A DNA stretch of 63,580 nt, counting the filler, from Craspedostauros australis (taxonomy: Eukaryota): assembly GCA_030167865.1 (NCBI GenBank). It is 8 parts of 8 records of this genome, joined end to end, with 100 filler letters (N's around TTAATTAATTAA, not from the genome) between each part and the next. Parts side by side here need not be neighbours in the genome. Positions count along the whole stretch, not along the records: positions 1 to 23,120 come from JALAGF010003316.1; positions 23,221 to 37,326 come from JALAGF010003323.1; 6 more parts are not named here. The stretch is one strand, 5' to 3'. The position numbers and the translations under genes were made by a program. Every line of letters starts with the position of its first letter. Position 1 is the first letter of the stretch. Under the pieces are notes generated by a model, which made no database searches, had not been told where the DNA came from, and saw nothing but the letters and a program-made list of their open reading frames with translations. Shown here in pieces: positions 11,600 through 23,311 of this stretch.

Positions 11600-12642
11600 A
11601 TGGTAGCCAGCAAACGCGCGAAGACCACCAAGGTTGCCGCCAGTAGCAACGATGCTGTGGTCGACCCCGAGAATACCGCGAGCAAGCGCGACAAGTCTCT
11701 GCAGGAGCATCTGGACCGAGCTCGACTTGCCGTGGCGAAGGCCAAGGGATCCTCGGACGCCCTGCATGCCAACTGGAGGCTTCATCTATTGCGTCTCTCC
11801 TACATCATCATCATCGTCACCCTGCAGCAAGCGCAGGCTCCCATGACGGATTGCATCAAGGAATTCAAGGTGAGTGGAATGTCTTGTATCATCGTATTGT
11901 ATTCTACAATGTAATAGAATACGTTGGAGTGTGTTACAAGGCAGTGCCTTGAGTTGATAGAATACTTCGTTGGATGCGTTGTGTTGCACTGCACGACACT
12001 ATACCACGCTTTTGGAGAATCATCATTCTCACACGTCCCACTTGGTATCTCGCATGTCACTCTTCACAATACTCCTCCATTCAACACCTTCCAATGTTTC
12101 ACTGTGCTGTCATTCCATGATGTGCTACACTCTACTCATCCATCAAAATACACGCACACACACACCACACACAGCTGGTGAACGCGCTGAAGAACAGCAA
12201 GATGGAGACGCCGTTGAGCGGACTGCAGGCGGGTTCCGCCATTTTGCAGGATTCCGTCGTGGAGATCCTGAGCATCGTGTGCACGGTATTCCTCGGACTG
12301 CTCCTGAACCAGCCGCCTGCCGAGCGCACGGAGTTCGTCGAGAAATGGTATGCCCTTTCCACGATCTGCGTCCCGCTCATCGTCGCCACGTACTTCCAAA
12401 AGAAGGAGCTCAGCTGCATCGACGATGAGGAGCTTCTCAACGAGGCGTACGGCGACACGACGAGGGAACCAGCACTGAGAAATTTCCCCGTCGCCCTCGT
12501 CTTTCATATTATGGTCACGGTGGCGCTGTGGTTCATGCAGTTTCAGCGGCACCAGCATGCGAAGAACGTCCGCATGGTCGATCAGCTGGCTATCAAGCTG
12601 AAGGAGGCGCAGCAGGAGCAGCACACGAAGAAGGGCAAATAG
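11600..12642 (+). CDS. Hypothetical membrane protein (~245 aa, ~4 hydrophobic segments); exons 11600..11869 and 12175..12642
   Basis: In-frame splice EFK|LVNAL at a GTGAGT...CAG intron, coding-like codon usage, hydrophobic helices and a C-terminal KKGK (possible ER-retrieval dilysine). Confidence 0.7.
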
Positions 12643-13872
12643 ATCGATCAGCTGTTGAGAGTTCAGGAGTGATCTCTCTGTCACTTCCAGTGTTTTCGTG
12701 AGGTTGATTGCAACACCATTGCTTGATGAAGGACGCGGCTCAACATGGAGTCAGCGAGGCATGGTGACGAAAATCATGATGGATGACTGGCGTTGATTTG
12801 GATTGTCATCTTCTATCCGCATCGTGGCATTGGACCTGCAGCATTCAAGCAACTTTGCTCTCTTTCCTTCCGAGAGGAATCGAGGCATCCCGTGCTCTAC
12901 AATCTCCTCTCTTCGAGGAATGCGTTCAAAAGAGTAGTTTGTATATGATGTAGTAGGTACTTGCAAGCTACAATAGGCGTCAAAGCATGCCATCATGCTT
13001 GTATCATATTCTATGTATTGTACCAGCAGAAGGATGATTGATTTAGCACACTTCCATCGCCATCCTTCGTCATCATTGGAGTTCTCTCTCGCTCTCTCTG
13101 GTTAGTTCCAAGTTCCCATCACTCACTATCATCCTCACACCCCGCAACGGTAGAGTCAATCGTGCACGGATTAGTTGCTGGGAGAAACACGACTGGGGCC
13201 TCCGATTACGCACGTTTTCCGCACAGAGATACGGGTCCGTCGTCGTTGCGTCAGTCTGCTCATCCACCAGAGAGACAGAGAGAGAATCGGTCCCAAACAG
13301 CTGTCGCGACGGATGACGAAAGAACAGAAACATCAGCCACCAGACTCCAAAGAAATCGGGCCATGCTCTGCTTCCGATGTTGACGACAAAACCTCGCACT
13401 GCGACACTGACAAGAACTGTAACTGCAACAGCAGCTTGAGATCGGGCATCAGTCCCATCGGCTGTCGTTCTCAACAATAGTTCGTACTCCATCACAGACA
13501 GCTTGAATCATAATCCGAGTTCATTCAGTACGACCAAGGGACAAGACGAGCACCGAGCGGCTAAGGGGTGACAACGACGACAAGGACGACAACAGCAAGA
13601 GGAACACTAACAAGAAGACCAGCAGCTCCACAAACAACAGTGACACCAGTGACAGCAGTGATAACAGCGACAGCAGGAGCAATAGTCGTACTAGTGCACA
13701 TTAACCAGTTCCTTCATGAGCATCACACACAAACAGTACAAGCATTCAAACACAAGCACAACCTCAAACACAAGCACAAACCAACAGGTAGAATTGTCGT
13801 TGCTTCCTCAGTCAGTCGCACGAAGACAGATACAGATACAAGTACAGATACAGATACGGAGAGAGCACATTG

Positions 13873-16545
13873 ATGACCCAGACAGCGACGATCGAAGCAC
13901 ACTCACTCACTCACAGCCGCAGCTTTGGGACAGCGCCATTCAAGGCCATGGACGCCATAGATCGGGCAGAGGCAGATGCGCAGCACAACACTGCGAGCGG
14001 ACAGCAGCAGCAACAACTACAACCACAGCAACAGCAAGCAGATCAGGTGGGTACTGGGGCACAGGGCAACCAAGTTCTTCCACAGGATCAGGCCGCGAGC
14101 AATGACAACACCAACAACGACAATGGAGCGATCGACAACGCGGTGGATGCGCCCGATGACAACAGCCAAGGGCAGAATACCAATGCTCCAGCACACCTCG
14201 CGTTGATCCCACTGCACCCGACTGGCAAGAAGCTGCAGAAGCTCGAGGCAAAGCCGATCCCGATCGTGCTGGGCAGGACCAACCTTGCCAACTGGTGGTG
14301 GAAGTCGTGCGATTGCGGTGACTACTGCCGTCTGCATTGCCGCCCCGTGGCACAGAACATCCGATCGCTCAGCAAGGTCATGGTCCAGATCGATTCCAAC
14401 GGGGTGCTCTACACCGTGGGGAAGAACCCTCATCTCGCCACAGTCACACCGCCTCGGAAAAATGAGCCTCTGCAGGTCAACGACATCATTGCCATCGGCA
14501 GACGGGATCGGGAGCCATGGATGAGGTTTCAGGTCATCTCAGGCACGGAGTACGAATCGAACCTCTCTGAGCGGGCAAGGAATCGTCCACGAGCTCCAAC
14601 TCCTGCTGCTGCTGCTTCAGCCAGAGCCACGTCGAAAGGGAATGCCGAACAGCGAAGGGGAGACAAGGTGCAACAACAGCAGCCTGCTCAATACACGGAA
14701 CCGACGATAGCCGCACCGCAGGCTGCTGGGGGACAGAGGTTACCGGAATGGATCACAATGACGAGGAGGGTGCCTGTGGCTGCATCGAATCTAGATGCCG
14801 ACAGCACTGGTTTCAACCCAAATGCGAATACTACGGCGAATGGGAATAGAGGTGGCGAAGGTCAACGTTCTTCAATAACACAACAGCAGCAGCAGCAGAT
14901 GTTGCAGATGTTGCAGATGCCACAAGCTCACACCGAGAATCAGCATCAGCAGTCGCAACAACATCAACACGAACAGCAGGAACAGCAACAACTGCGAGCA
15001 GCAGCAGTGAAGCCTTTGGAAGAGACGTTGGCAGCGGCAGCGGCAGCATCAGCTTCACAACCGCTGCCACCGCCAGCGCCGGTGCAAGTACCACAGCAAC
15101 TTCCGGTAGTAGCAGCTGTGCCACCGACGTTGGCCGCCACGGCGCCAGTGTACGGAGTGGGGACGCTGAACCAGTTCCACCACGAAGCCGAGCAGCCGAG
15201 CAGTCGCAAGAGAAGGCGCTCCAGGCACAGTCCAGGCCGACGGATCAAAGAGTCTGCGCTGGTGACTGCAAAACGATCGCTGCGTGGAGACAAATTATCA
15301 TCTTCGAAGGCAAAATCGAGCCTCCATCTGGGATCATCAGCTCCATTCGGCCTTGCGGATAAGGATCACTACCCGCAAGTGCACCTGCTCTTTCAGGATT
15401 ATGAGACGTCGGCGGCATTGGTGCGAGCCACGCAGCGCAAGAAGCGCCGCAAGTCTCCAGTGGCAGGAGACACCTCCACCGCTGACGCGATGAGCGCATC
15501 CAACCAATCATCCGCAAGCGCAACCGGCAGATCACACCACCAGCGTCGACTTCCCAGACAGTTCATCGGCAACAAGAACGAGTTGCAGCTGCTGTCTCAG
15601 AATTATGCCGCGGCTCTTTATAACGCCGCCCAGGCACCTGATGCGCAAAATCAGAACAACGATTTGAATGCGGCACTCACGACTGTCCCAGAAGCAGCAC
15701 AGCCAGAAGCAGCAGCAGAAGCAGCGACGGAAACGGGGGGAATTGCGCTTCCGCAACCTCAGGGGGATAAGATGGACGCCGAGATGCCTGGCGGACAGCA
15801 GTCGCAGTCGCAGTCGAATATGGGAGCACAAGCAGCCGTTATGGAGAGCAACCAAACGCCCGCAGCCAAAGAAGGTGCGGAGTCGATCCCTGGACGCGGC
15901 GAATGCCTCCAAAATGGTGCTCCCGCATCCGCGCTTGCGCAAGGGGACCCAACTACGCGGCGAGTGATACAGCCAGATGCGGTGGAGGCAAATGGCATCG
16001 GCGTCGATGTCGATAGTAATGTCGATGTCAGTGCACCAAATGATGCAGGACCATCGAAGGCGCAAGATTCCGGGCAAGCTGATGGGACAGTAAGCAAGGC
16101 GACGGCAGCTGCTGATGGGGTTGCTTTGAGAGATGCGGATCAGGATGGTACTCCATTGACAGTAAGTACCGCTGCGAACTTGTTGTCAATGCCAACAGCG
16201 AATCACAGAACGGGCGTAGCTTGCAACGACCAAGACACCAACCTTGATGAATCACATCCAGCCGCAAACCCTGCAGCTCATCCGCCGTCGTCTGTCCTTC
16301 TAAATGCCACGCCAATTACTGTTGCTCCTACATCAACTCCGCATGGACGGCAAACCACCACCACCACCACCACCATCTATTTCGATGCGTCCACATCCAA
16401 CAGTGAAATGCCACCCGACCATCCCGGTATACCGACCAGTGCTTCTCAGACGAATAGGACGAGCAAACACGATTCTGACAGTTCGCCAGAGTTGGTCGAT
16501 CCCATCCAAAATGATGACGGGCAGTGGGAGCGCCATCGGAGATGA
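13873..16545 (+). CDS. Large Q/A-rich hypothetical protein with an N-terminal FHA-like domain; start may be at 13948
   Basis: 890-aa ORF. The segment PIVLGR...LSKVMVQI...VGKNP...LQVNDIIAIG resembles an FHA fold. Basic NLS-like stretches RKRRR and RKKRRK. Confidence 0.65.
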   Translation: MTQTATIEAHSLTHSRSFGTAPFKAMDAIDRAEADAQHNTASGQQQQQLQPQQQQADQVGTGAQGNQVLPQDQAASNDNTNNDNGAIDNAVDAPDDNSQGQNTNAPAHLALIPLHPTGKKLQKLEAKPIPIVLGRTNLANWWWKSCDCGDYCRLHCRPVAQNIRSLSKVMVQIDSNGVLYTVGKNPHLATVTPPRKNEPLQVNDIIAIGRRDREPWMRFQVISGTEYESNLSERARNRPRAPTPAAAASARATSKGNAEQRRGDKVQQQQPAQYTEPTIAAPQAAGGQRLPEWITMTRRVPVAASNLDADSTGFNPNANTTANGNRGGEGQRSSITQQQQQQMLQMLQMPQAHTENQHQQSQQHQHEQQEQQQLRAAAVKPLEETLAAAAAASASQPLPPPAPVQVPQQLPVVAAVPPTLAATAPVYGVGTLNQFHHEAEQPSSRKRRRSRHSPGRRIKESALVTAKRSLRGDKLSSSKAKSSLHLGSSAPFGLADKDHYPQVHLLFQDYETSAALVRATQRKKRRKSPVAGDTSTADAMSASNQSSASATGRSHHQRRLPRQFIGNKNELQLLSQNYAAALYNAAQAPDAQNQNNDLNAALTTVPEAAQPEAAAEAATETGGIALPQPQGDKMDAEMPGGQQSQSQSNMGAQAAVMESNQTPAAKEGAESIPGRGECLQNGAPASALAQGDPTTRRVIQPDAVEANGIGVDVDSNVDVSAPNDAGPSKAQDSGQADGTVSKATAAADGVALRDADQDGTPLTVSTAANLLSMPTANHRTGVACNDQDTNLDESHPAANPAAHPPSSVLLNATPITVAPTSTPHGRQTTTTTTTIYFDASTSNSEMPPDHPGIPTSASQTNRTSKHDSDSSPELVDPIQNDDGQWERHRR

Positions 16546-17412
16546 ACCTTATGAGTTTCAAAACGAAGCGATGCAGCACACGAGCTCCCTGCATTTGTGC
16601 ACTGTGCTGGTATCGCCGTGCAAACCAACGGATAATAGTATTGGAGCGGAGTCAGTCGCGATCGAAGAGGGGCGGCATCGAGGCAAATCGCAACAATAAG
16701 GACGCAGCAGCAGGAAGGGGGTTAAAGGTAAACAAAAACGATAGCGCGGTGCAAGCCTCCATCCTCTATTCCTTCTCTTCGTAGGGATCAAGTTAGCTTG
16801 TTGCGACACGTTGCATTGTTCATGGCGCCGACGAAGTGAAAAGCTGCCCTCATTCCGGATGACGACATTCCGAAACCAGGCTGCTGCTTGCTCGTGCAGG
16901 CATACGTTCATTATGTACTCGTGGCGAATGACGCTGGTAACTCGTTCGGGTACGATCCATGGCAGATGCGTAATGCTTCCACGATACGAACTCGTAATGA
17001 GGCAAGTGTGACATGATCTAATTCTTGTGCTAACGGGCTGGTTTGTTGTACTCCACGAGTATGGTATAAATAATGTAGGGCATTGGACAGTACTGGCTTT
17101 CTGTGCTTCACATGATGAATTGATTTAATCAACAGTCTCGATACAGGACTCGTATGTGCAGTTCGCAGCACAGGAGGTTGTGTACCATGCGAGTATCGTG
17201 TGATCTATTCCGTTCGCTCACACGCACTCTGAAACCTCCCACGGATCCCATGGCTTGCGACGTGACGGGTCCAACCTAAAACAGTGGGGGCGGCAATCAG
17301 GAGCCTTCCCACGGATCCCGTCAATAATTTGCCAGCACATTCGTTCATTCTAGTTGCCCCATTCGTCTTCGATCTTGCGGCGCTTAGCACCTGCTTCACA
17401 GTCGAATGCGAG

Positions 17413-19989
17413 CTAAAGCCACGAGCGTTGGGCGTCTTGGGTCCCAATTTCTGGATGCAACAAATCGCGGACAGTATCGGTCGAGATCTCCTGGAAGATG
17501 GAGATTCCTCTCTTGTGCCCCTTCTTGTCCACGTGTGCTGACATCTGCGCTGAGTCTTGATCAGGCTTGCCTGCGCTGGCTGCCACTGGGTGGCACGAGT
17601 CAAGCCCGACTGTCGATGGAGGCGGGAGGCGAGAAGCAGTGCTTTCAGGATGGCTGATCAGTCCCGCAGCGACCTGGTCATGATGCTTCTTGCACATCCC
17701 AGTCAGTATGGCTTGCTTGGTGCAGTACTCCATGCAGCACAACTTCTTCTTGGCGCCATGGGCAATGCATCTGCCACCCTGCACGGCCACCTTCGTGCAT
17801 CCCTTCGCCTCGCATTGCTTGCGTGGAGGACCATGTGTGCTGCAGTATCCAGCCTTCTTGACGTGCTTGGCACATCCCGGGTGCTTGCACGTCTTACGCT
17901 TTGCGCCATGCGAGATGCAAAGGCCACCTTGTACAACTCGGTTGGTACATCCCTCCTTGGTGCACTTGCGACGAACACGCTTGCTGGTGCCTCCTTGCGC
18001 GAGCTTGGTGGTCGGAGCGACTGGATTACTTTCGGTTGGAGCCGAGAAGTTGTGAGCCGTCGATCTCGGTGGTGGGGATGGCAAAGTCGATGTCTGTTCT
18101 GATTCGTACGTCGTTGGGAAGCCTGCGTTGGTGAGTTGGTCTGATTGGGTTGCCGTGGCAGCGGCTCCTTCTGCTGCTGGAGGGGTGGATCCCTTCAGGA
18201 AGACGACGTCCTCATCGAAGCCGATGTCAAATCCTTTCAAGAACGAGACGGTCGACGATGTGATCCGGTGATGACTCTTCTTGGAAGATTGCTGCGCTTG
18301 CTGCTCGCCAGCTTCTGGGATCTGGAAGATGTTGGGCAATGGCCCAAGGCTGGAGAAAGAAGAAAGATTGCGATGATGAGCGCCTCCTCTGTTCTCAGCG
18401 CCAGACGACGCGGCGGGGCCTTCAGCTTCTCCCGAGAGCGCCGTAAAGTGAGAGTGGGTTGGGGCTGCTGCCGCTGCGTATCCCGAAAGCGGAGGCTGGT
18501 GAGATCTTCCCTGTCCATCTGCGTACGGCATATGTTCACCGCTTGCGGTCACTGGTGGAGGGTGCTCCGGATTCACGGTCGATGATGAGCGGGGACGTTC
18601 GGTGTCGCTGCTGCGTCTACCCGAATGCTGAGATGGATAGGACATGCCTCCAGGGTACGGGTAGGCTGCTTGATGGCTGTGGCCATGCCCATGTGGATGC
18701 GTGGGTAGGTGACGGCCGCGTGGTTGTGGCTGCGAGTGCGATGGAGGTTGGTAATGGTACTGGGGATGGTATTGGTTTGCGGGAGCGTGTGACGCGCCAT
18801 GCAACGGGTGTTGATAGTACGGGTGATGGTGCCCCGCTTGAGCATCGTAGTAATTCGAAGCTGCTGGTGGCTGCGCGGTTGGCGGTGGAGCGTAAGCAGA
18901 ATGGGTGGGGGTTCCGAAAGAATGGGGATACTGCAGGAACCTGTCATGTCGAGATGGGGCCGAGCCTGCGCTGGCTGGATATCCGTGGGATGAGGCCGCT
19001 GGCGGTACTGGTGCTCGCGTGTCGCTGGGCAGGCGGCTGTAATAGTCGCCATGTGCGCCATGCTCACGCCTGGCGGCATCTTTCTTGCTGTCGTTGCCTG
19101 GGGCAGAGAGAGTCGCGATGTCCCCGTGCGCTGATGCGGCGACCGCGGCACTGAGAACATCTAGTCCGCTGCCCACGCGCTGATGTCTCTTGCGGCCGCC
19201 GCCGTACGTGCTGCGTTTGATGGCGGCACTCTCGCCAATGGAATTAATGCGCCGGTGCGCCATGGGCGGATTCAGGGAGTCGTTTGAAAATACGCGACGG
19301 TGCTTGGTTTGGGTCGTATCCTCTTTCATGACGCTCGCATCGTCGCCTGCGTCAAAGACTCGAGGCTCGCCGCGTCCGCCGTATTGCTGGAACACACCAA
19401 ACTTTGGTCCTGGGCTGGCGTCTTCAGAGATCTTTGCAGCATCCTCAAAGTGTTCCGACAAGTCCCGTCGATGGCGAGCCCTGCGATGCTTTGCTGGAGC
19501 AGTGGCAGAAGAAGCAGCAGCGGCAATTCGATCCTCCTTGGCTGGCGACACTCTGGCTTCTGTTTCCAAATTTCGGTCCACTTCACCATCCAACAGCGGA
19601 CTGCGGGCCTGGCGATCGAGCAGCGTGGTGCCTCTGGTGAGGCTGCTGCGACCGACGTCATCGTCGTTGTATTCTGCTCTGCTCTGCTTCATCGAGTGAT
19701 GCGACTTGAAACCCCGTCTGTCTTTGAACTGATCGTCGGCATCGAATGATGGTTCCACCAGGACAGCCAAACTATCTTGGCCATGCTGCTTGACGATCTC
19801 GATGCTCTGCGACGTCTCGATGTCGCTGTTGTCGCCGCCAACACGGCCGTCGCTGCCGCCGCTGCTGGATGCATTCAGGGTCATGGGAGCGGCTGCTGGG
19901 TCAATCCGTTCGTCTGACACATTTCTGGGATCGAAGGATGCAGAATTGGTCATGATGCTGGCGAACTTGTTCATCATCTGTGATCTCAA
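17413..19989 (-). CDS. Protein with four tandem Cx4Cx9Cx2H(G) zinc-finger repeats (WRKY19-like ZnF type) and a long disordered N-terminus
   Basis: CTKEGCTNRVVQGGLCISHG, CKHPGCAKHVKKAGYCSTHG, CEAKGCTKVAVQGGRCIAHG and CCMEYCTKQAILTGMCKKH at ~17680..17970. Confidence 0.85.
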   Translation of the reverse strand: MRSQMMNKFASIMTNSASFDPRNVSDERIDPAAAPMTLNASSSGGSDGRVGGDNSDIETSQSIEIVKQHGQDSLAVLVEPSFDADDQFKDRRGFKSHHSMKQSRAEYNDDDVGRSSLTRGTTLLDRQARSPLLDGEVDRNLETEARVSPAKEDRIAAAASSATAPAKHRRARHRRDLSEHFEDAAKISEDASPGPKFGVFQQYGGRGEPRVFDAGDDASVMKEDTTQTKHRRVFSNDSLNPPMAHRRINSIGESAAIKRSTYGGGRKRHQRVGSGLDVLSAAVAASAHGDIATLSAPGNDSKKDAARREHGAHGDYYSRLPSDTRAPVPPAASSHGYPASAGSAPSRHDRFLQYPHSFGTPTHSAYAPPPTAQPPAASNYYDAQAGHHHPYYQHPLHGASHAPANQYHPQYHYQPPSHSQPQPRGRHLPTHPHGHGHSHQAAYPYPGGMSYPSQHSGRRSSDTERPRSSSTVNPEHPPPVTASGEHMPYADGQGRSHQPPLSGYAAAAAPTHSHFTALSGEAEGPAASSGAENRGGAHHRNLSSFSSLGPLPNIFQIPEAGEQQAQQSSKKSHHRITSSTVSFLKGFDIGFDEDVVFLKGSTPPAAEGAAATATQSDQLTNAGFPTTYESEQTSTLPSPPPRSTAHNFSAPTESNPVAPTTKLAQGGTSKRVRRKCTKEGCTNRVVQGGLCISHGAKRKTCKHPGCAKHVKKAGYCSTHGPPRKQCEAKGCTKVAVQGGRCIAHGAKKKLCCMEYCTKQAILTGMCKKHHDQVAAGLISHPESTASRLPPPSTVGLDSCHPVAASAGKPDQDSAQMSAHVDKKGHKRGISIFQEISTDTVRDLLHPEIGTQDAQRSWL

Positions 19990-22900
19990 TACTTCTCTTC
20001 TTGATGTGTGATACTGTGCTGTGCTGCGCCGTGGCGTGTATCGCTGCCTGTTGATGTTGCTGTGATCTCGAACTTGAGGAGATGCTGTTCGTTTTTATGA
20101 GGGTTCTCAGTTTGTGAGAATCTGCCGATGGATTCGAAGTGAGGCAAGGTGAGGCAACGAAAGGACGCAGTCGAAGATGGCACAAGGAAGTGCGCTCTGT
20201 GTGATGTGATGTGCTGCGTTGCGATGTTGTTGAAGGAAATGGTCGCTTGGAGTGCACCGAAGAGACTGTTTGAGAAATCGCAAATCAGTTTTGAATTTCG
20301 GATGGAAGAGACAAAGCCAATTTCTTCCGTGGTTCCAGCACAGGGATGTTGCGTTTCGAAATCGTGTCTTTTGGTTACGGAGAAAATGTGTCGACGATGC
20401 TGTCTTTGCTTTGCGTTGGTCTGTTGCGGCCTCAATGGGTTCGCGTCGAGGGGCTCGCTGGTGATGCTGTTTCCTCTTTGTCGCGAGCGGCTCCAGAAGG
20501 TGATCTGATTGCGCGAGAGAATATAGTAGACGAAAAGATGAGATGATGTGTCAAATGGATGGCTTGACAGGCGCTTGTACAAGTATGGTGTGGTACGGTA
20601 TGCTTATTCGACTTGAGTGTGGCTGTCTAGGGGGGTGGATGGATCGGAGCGTGAGAAAGGAGAGGCTGACAGAGGAGGGATGGCGAAAGAAATGGATGCC
20701 GACATATGATGAGAGCGTATGTCGATGTGTGTGTGTGTTGCGTGTTGAGTATGTGCGTATGAATGCGCAATGGTCAGCAGCGGAAGTTGTTGCGATGGCA
20801 CAAGATGGTGAGAGAGTTGTCGTCAAAAGGTGAGAACAGGTTTGCCGAAAAATGGTTTGGGCATGTGAAGTTTTTTTGATGGAATTTGTGTGCACATCAC
20901 GGAGCATGGAAACATCGTGTTGTCTTTGTTGGACGCTGTTGTTGTCAACTCCGACTGGTGATGGAGAGCCCGACCTGCTTTCAAAAAAAGCGGGAGTGGT
21001 GATGTGGTGATAATTTTCCGTTGGTGTGCTATCGTGGGGTGCTTCCCACAGCGCTTGTGTGGGCAAGCCCCTCAGAAATTGGTACAATATTTTTCACGAT
21101 TCGAAGAAATCATCTCGATTTCCCCTTGTCGACTCCGACTTGGAAGGAAAAATCGAGACATCAACAAGGCCGACAGCAGCCAAAACTGGGACAGCCGACA
21201 CGACCATCGTTCTGCGAGGATGATGTCCTCGTTCTGTGATCGGCCCTTCGTTCCGCCATCTCTTCGGCGATCGCTGCCGTCGTCGTTGGTGATGGTGATG
21301 TCACTGTTGGTATCGCTGTCATTCTTATTGTTCCTTGGCTCTTTGTACGATCCGGCACACATCAGCCCCCTCTCGTGGTTCCGCGATGAATCCACGCAGC
21401 GGCAGGCGGTCTCTCTCTCTTGCCTTGGTGGTATCTGTGGAGGCCTCCATCTTGACAACGCCTCTCTTTCTCGTTCTCTGTCTCTCAGCCACTTCCACTT
21501 TCTTGACCAAGCAAGCAGAGAAGAGCGCCCAGCCACACTCACACTCACAATCACAAGCGCTAACAGGCACTCCAATCAAACACGCAAACAGACGAGATGC
21601 CCGACTCTTGTCGTTCCCCATGGCCAACGCCAACGCCGGCGATAACACCGGCACCAAAGCTTCATGAAATCCTTACCACGAATCTTGGGCTTCCTCTGCG
21701 CTTGAGTCCTCTTTTCCTTCGTTTGCCTTGGCTTTGGCTTGGTTCTTTGGTTTGCGTCGTTCGTTTGTCGTCTCAGGTTTTCGTCGCAGAAACAAAATGT
21801 GCGATGCTTGTCGTCTCCGACCAGTTGCTCCTATCTGCTTTTGACTCGCTGTCTGCTCGTATCCACATGTATAATACCATACAGATCAACATGCGAATAC
21901 GTTTGGAGAGAGAGAGAGAGAGGCCTGTGCGGGTCTGCCCTTGCCTCCTCGGCTGTGTCTGTGTGCTGGTGTGGTGGATGTGTCTCCGTGCTCAGGCAGG
22001 GTGCTTCGCATTCCATTACACAGGACGACCGCTTTGCCATGGCGGAGGATGGAGCGGCTTTCGTTGCAGTGAACTTGCGTGTGTTGTTGATGTGGAGCAC
22101 AACAGCGCACGGATGATTTTGCCACCCACCATTCTTGCTTCAACGAGGACGCAGGTTGGATCGTGACTAATCTACGGTATTGCTGTCGATTTCGCGTGTC
22201 TGTTCTGGGACATTCTGCGCTATTCATGTCGACTGATAACGCTCTTCTAACGTTTCTGCCTGGCGAGACACAACCAGTGACAAAACCAAGCTAAATGTTG
22301 GGTCTTGGTGGATCGTGGCGAGATTCTGTCATCCACCAAAAGATCCTCTGTCCCACCCAGCAATAGGAGGGGAAGGAGCCACCATTCTGCCTTACCTTTG
22401 TCTCGTTGTGCAGGTACTCACAGGTACGATCAAGGCAAGGAGGGATGGTACCATAACCGTGCTTGTGCCTCTTCGGGTGCGAACATGACGAAGAGTAAGT
22501 CTGAAGGATGTTCGCGCCATTCATTTCCGAACGGTGGTCCGGTATCATCCCCCCTTTGCCTTTCTGAGGTTCTGCAAGACCCTGGTGGCCTTCCATGGGG
22601 GATGCGGCTGTCCCTGAACTGGATGCAGGGCTACAAAGCCATTCCTCCTCCCATGCCATGGGGTTCTCTGCGCCATACATCGAGTACAGCATGTGAGGGG
22701 ATTCCATGCGAAGAAGAAGAACATATGACCCCATTCAGGATAGAAACGTACGTTTTTGCGGATTTTTAAGATAAGCGCTTAGATCATCCTATTATGTTGC
22801 ACAGAGTATATGAGTGAAGTTACAAGATCCTGGGCCTTGTAGTTAAAAAGTTTATATTCTTCGCATTAGTCTACGACTAGACACGTTGAGCATGCGGACG

Positions 22901-23120
22901 TTGAGAGGCACATGGGGTTCGGAATCGCCAGTCGTGCTTCGGCTCGCTGTCCAGTCGTGTCCATCATCGGCGCTCTCGCATTTCGTATGGGTGAGGCGGT
23001 TGGGTGTGAAGAAATGATGAGGATTGCGCAGTGGCAGCAGGCTTGCTGAGGCCGATGCTTCGTCTGGGCTGCCGATCAGGCATCGCAATCCAGAGTTGTG
23101 GGTTGGTGGGTAATCCAGAT

Positions 23121-23220
23121 NNNNNNNNNNNNNNNNNNNNNNNNNNNNNNNNNNNNNNNNNNNNTTAATTAATTAANNNNNNNNNNNNNNNNNNNNNNNN
23201 NNNNNNNNNNNNNNNNNNNN
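23121..23220. other. Scaffolding gap with TTAATTAATTAA linker; same linker at ~37371, 43841, 45914, 53277, 55022 and 58425
   Basis: Identical N-padded 12-mer giving stops in all six frames; an assembly artefact. Confidence 0.97.
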
Positions 23221-23311
23221 CCGCTCTCGCAGAAGGACCATTGTGATGGTGCGAGATGAGCGCGCATCTTCATGTACGCAATGATGCTACCGGCGGAGCA
23301 GTGTCTGCATC

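Noticed and set aside
20000..23120. Short ORFs upstream of the ZnF gene (similarly 32800..35500, 41900..43790 and 61540..62700)
   Set aside because: No recognisable motifs or consistent coding signal; possibly degenerate remnants, but unsupported.
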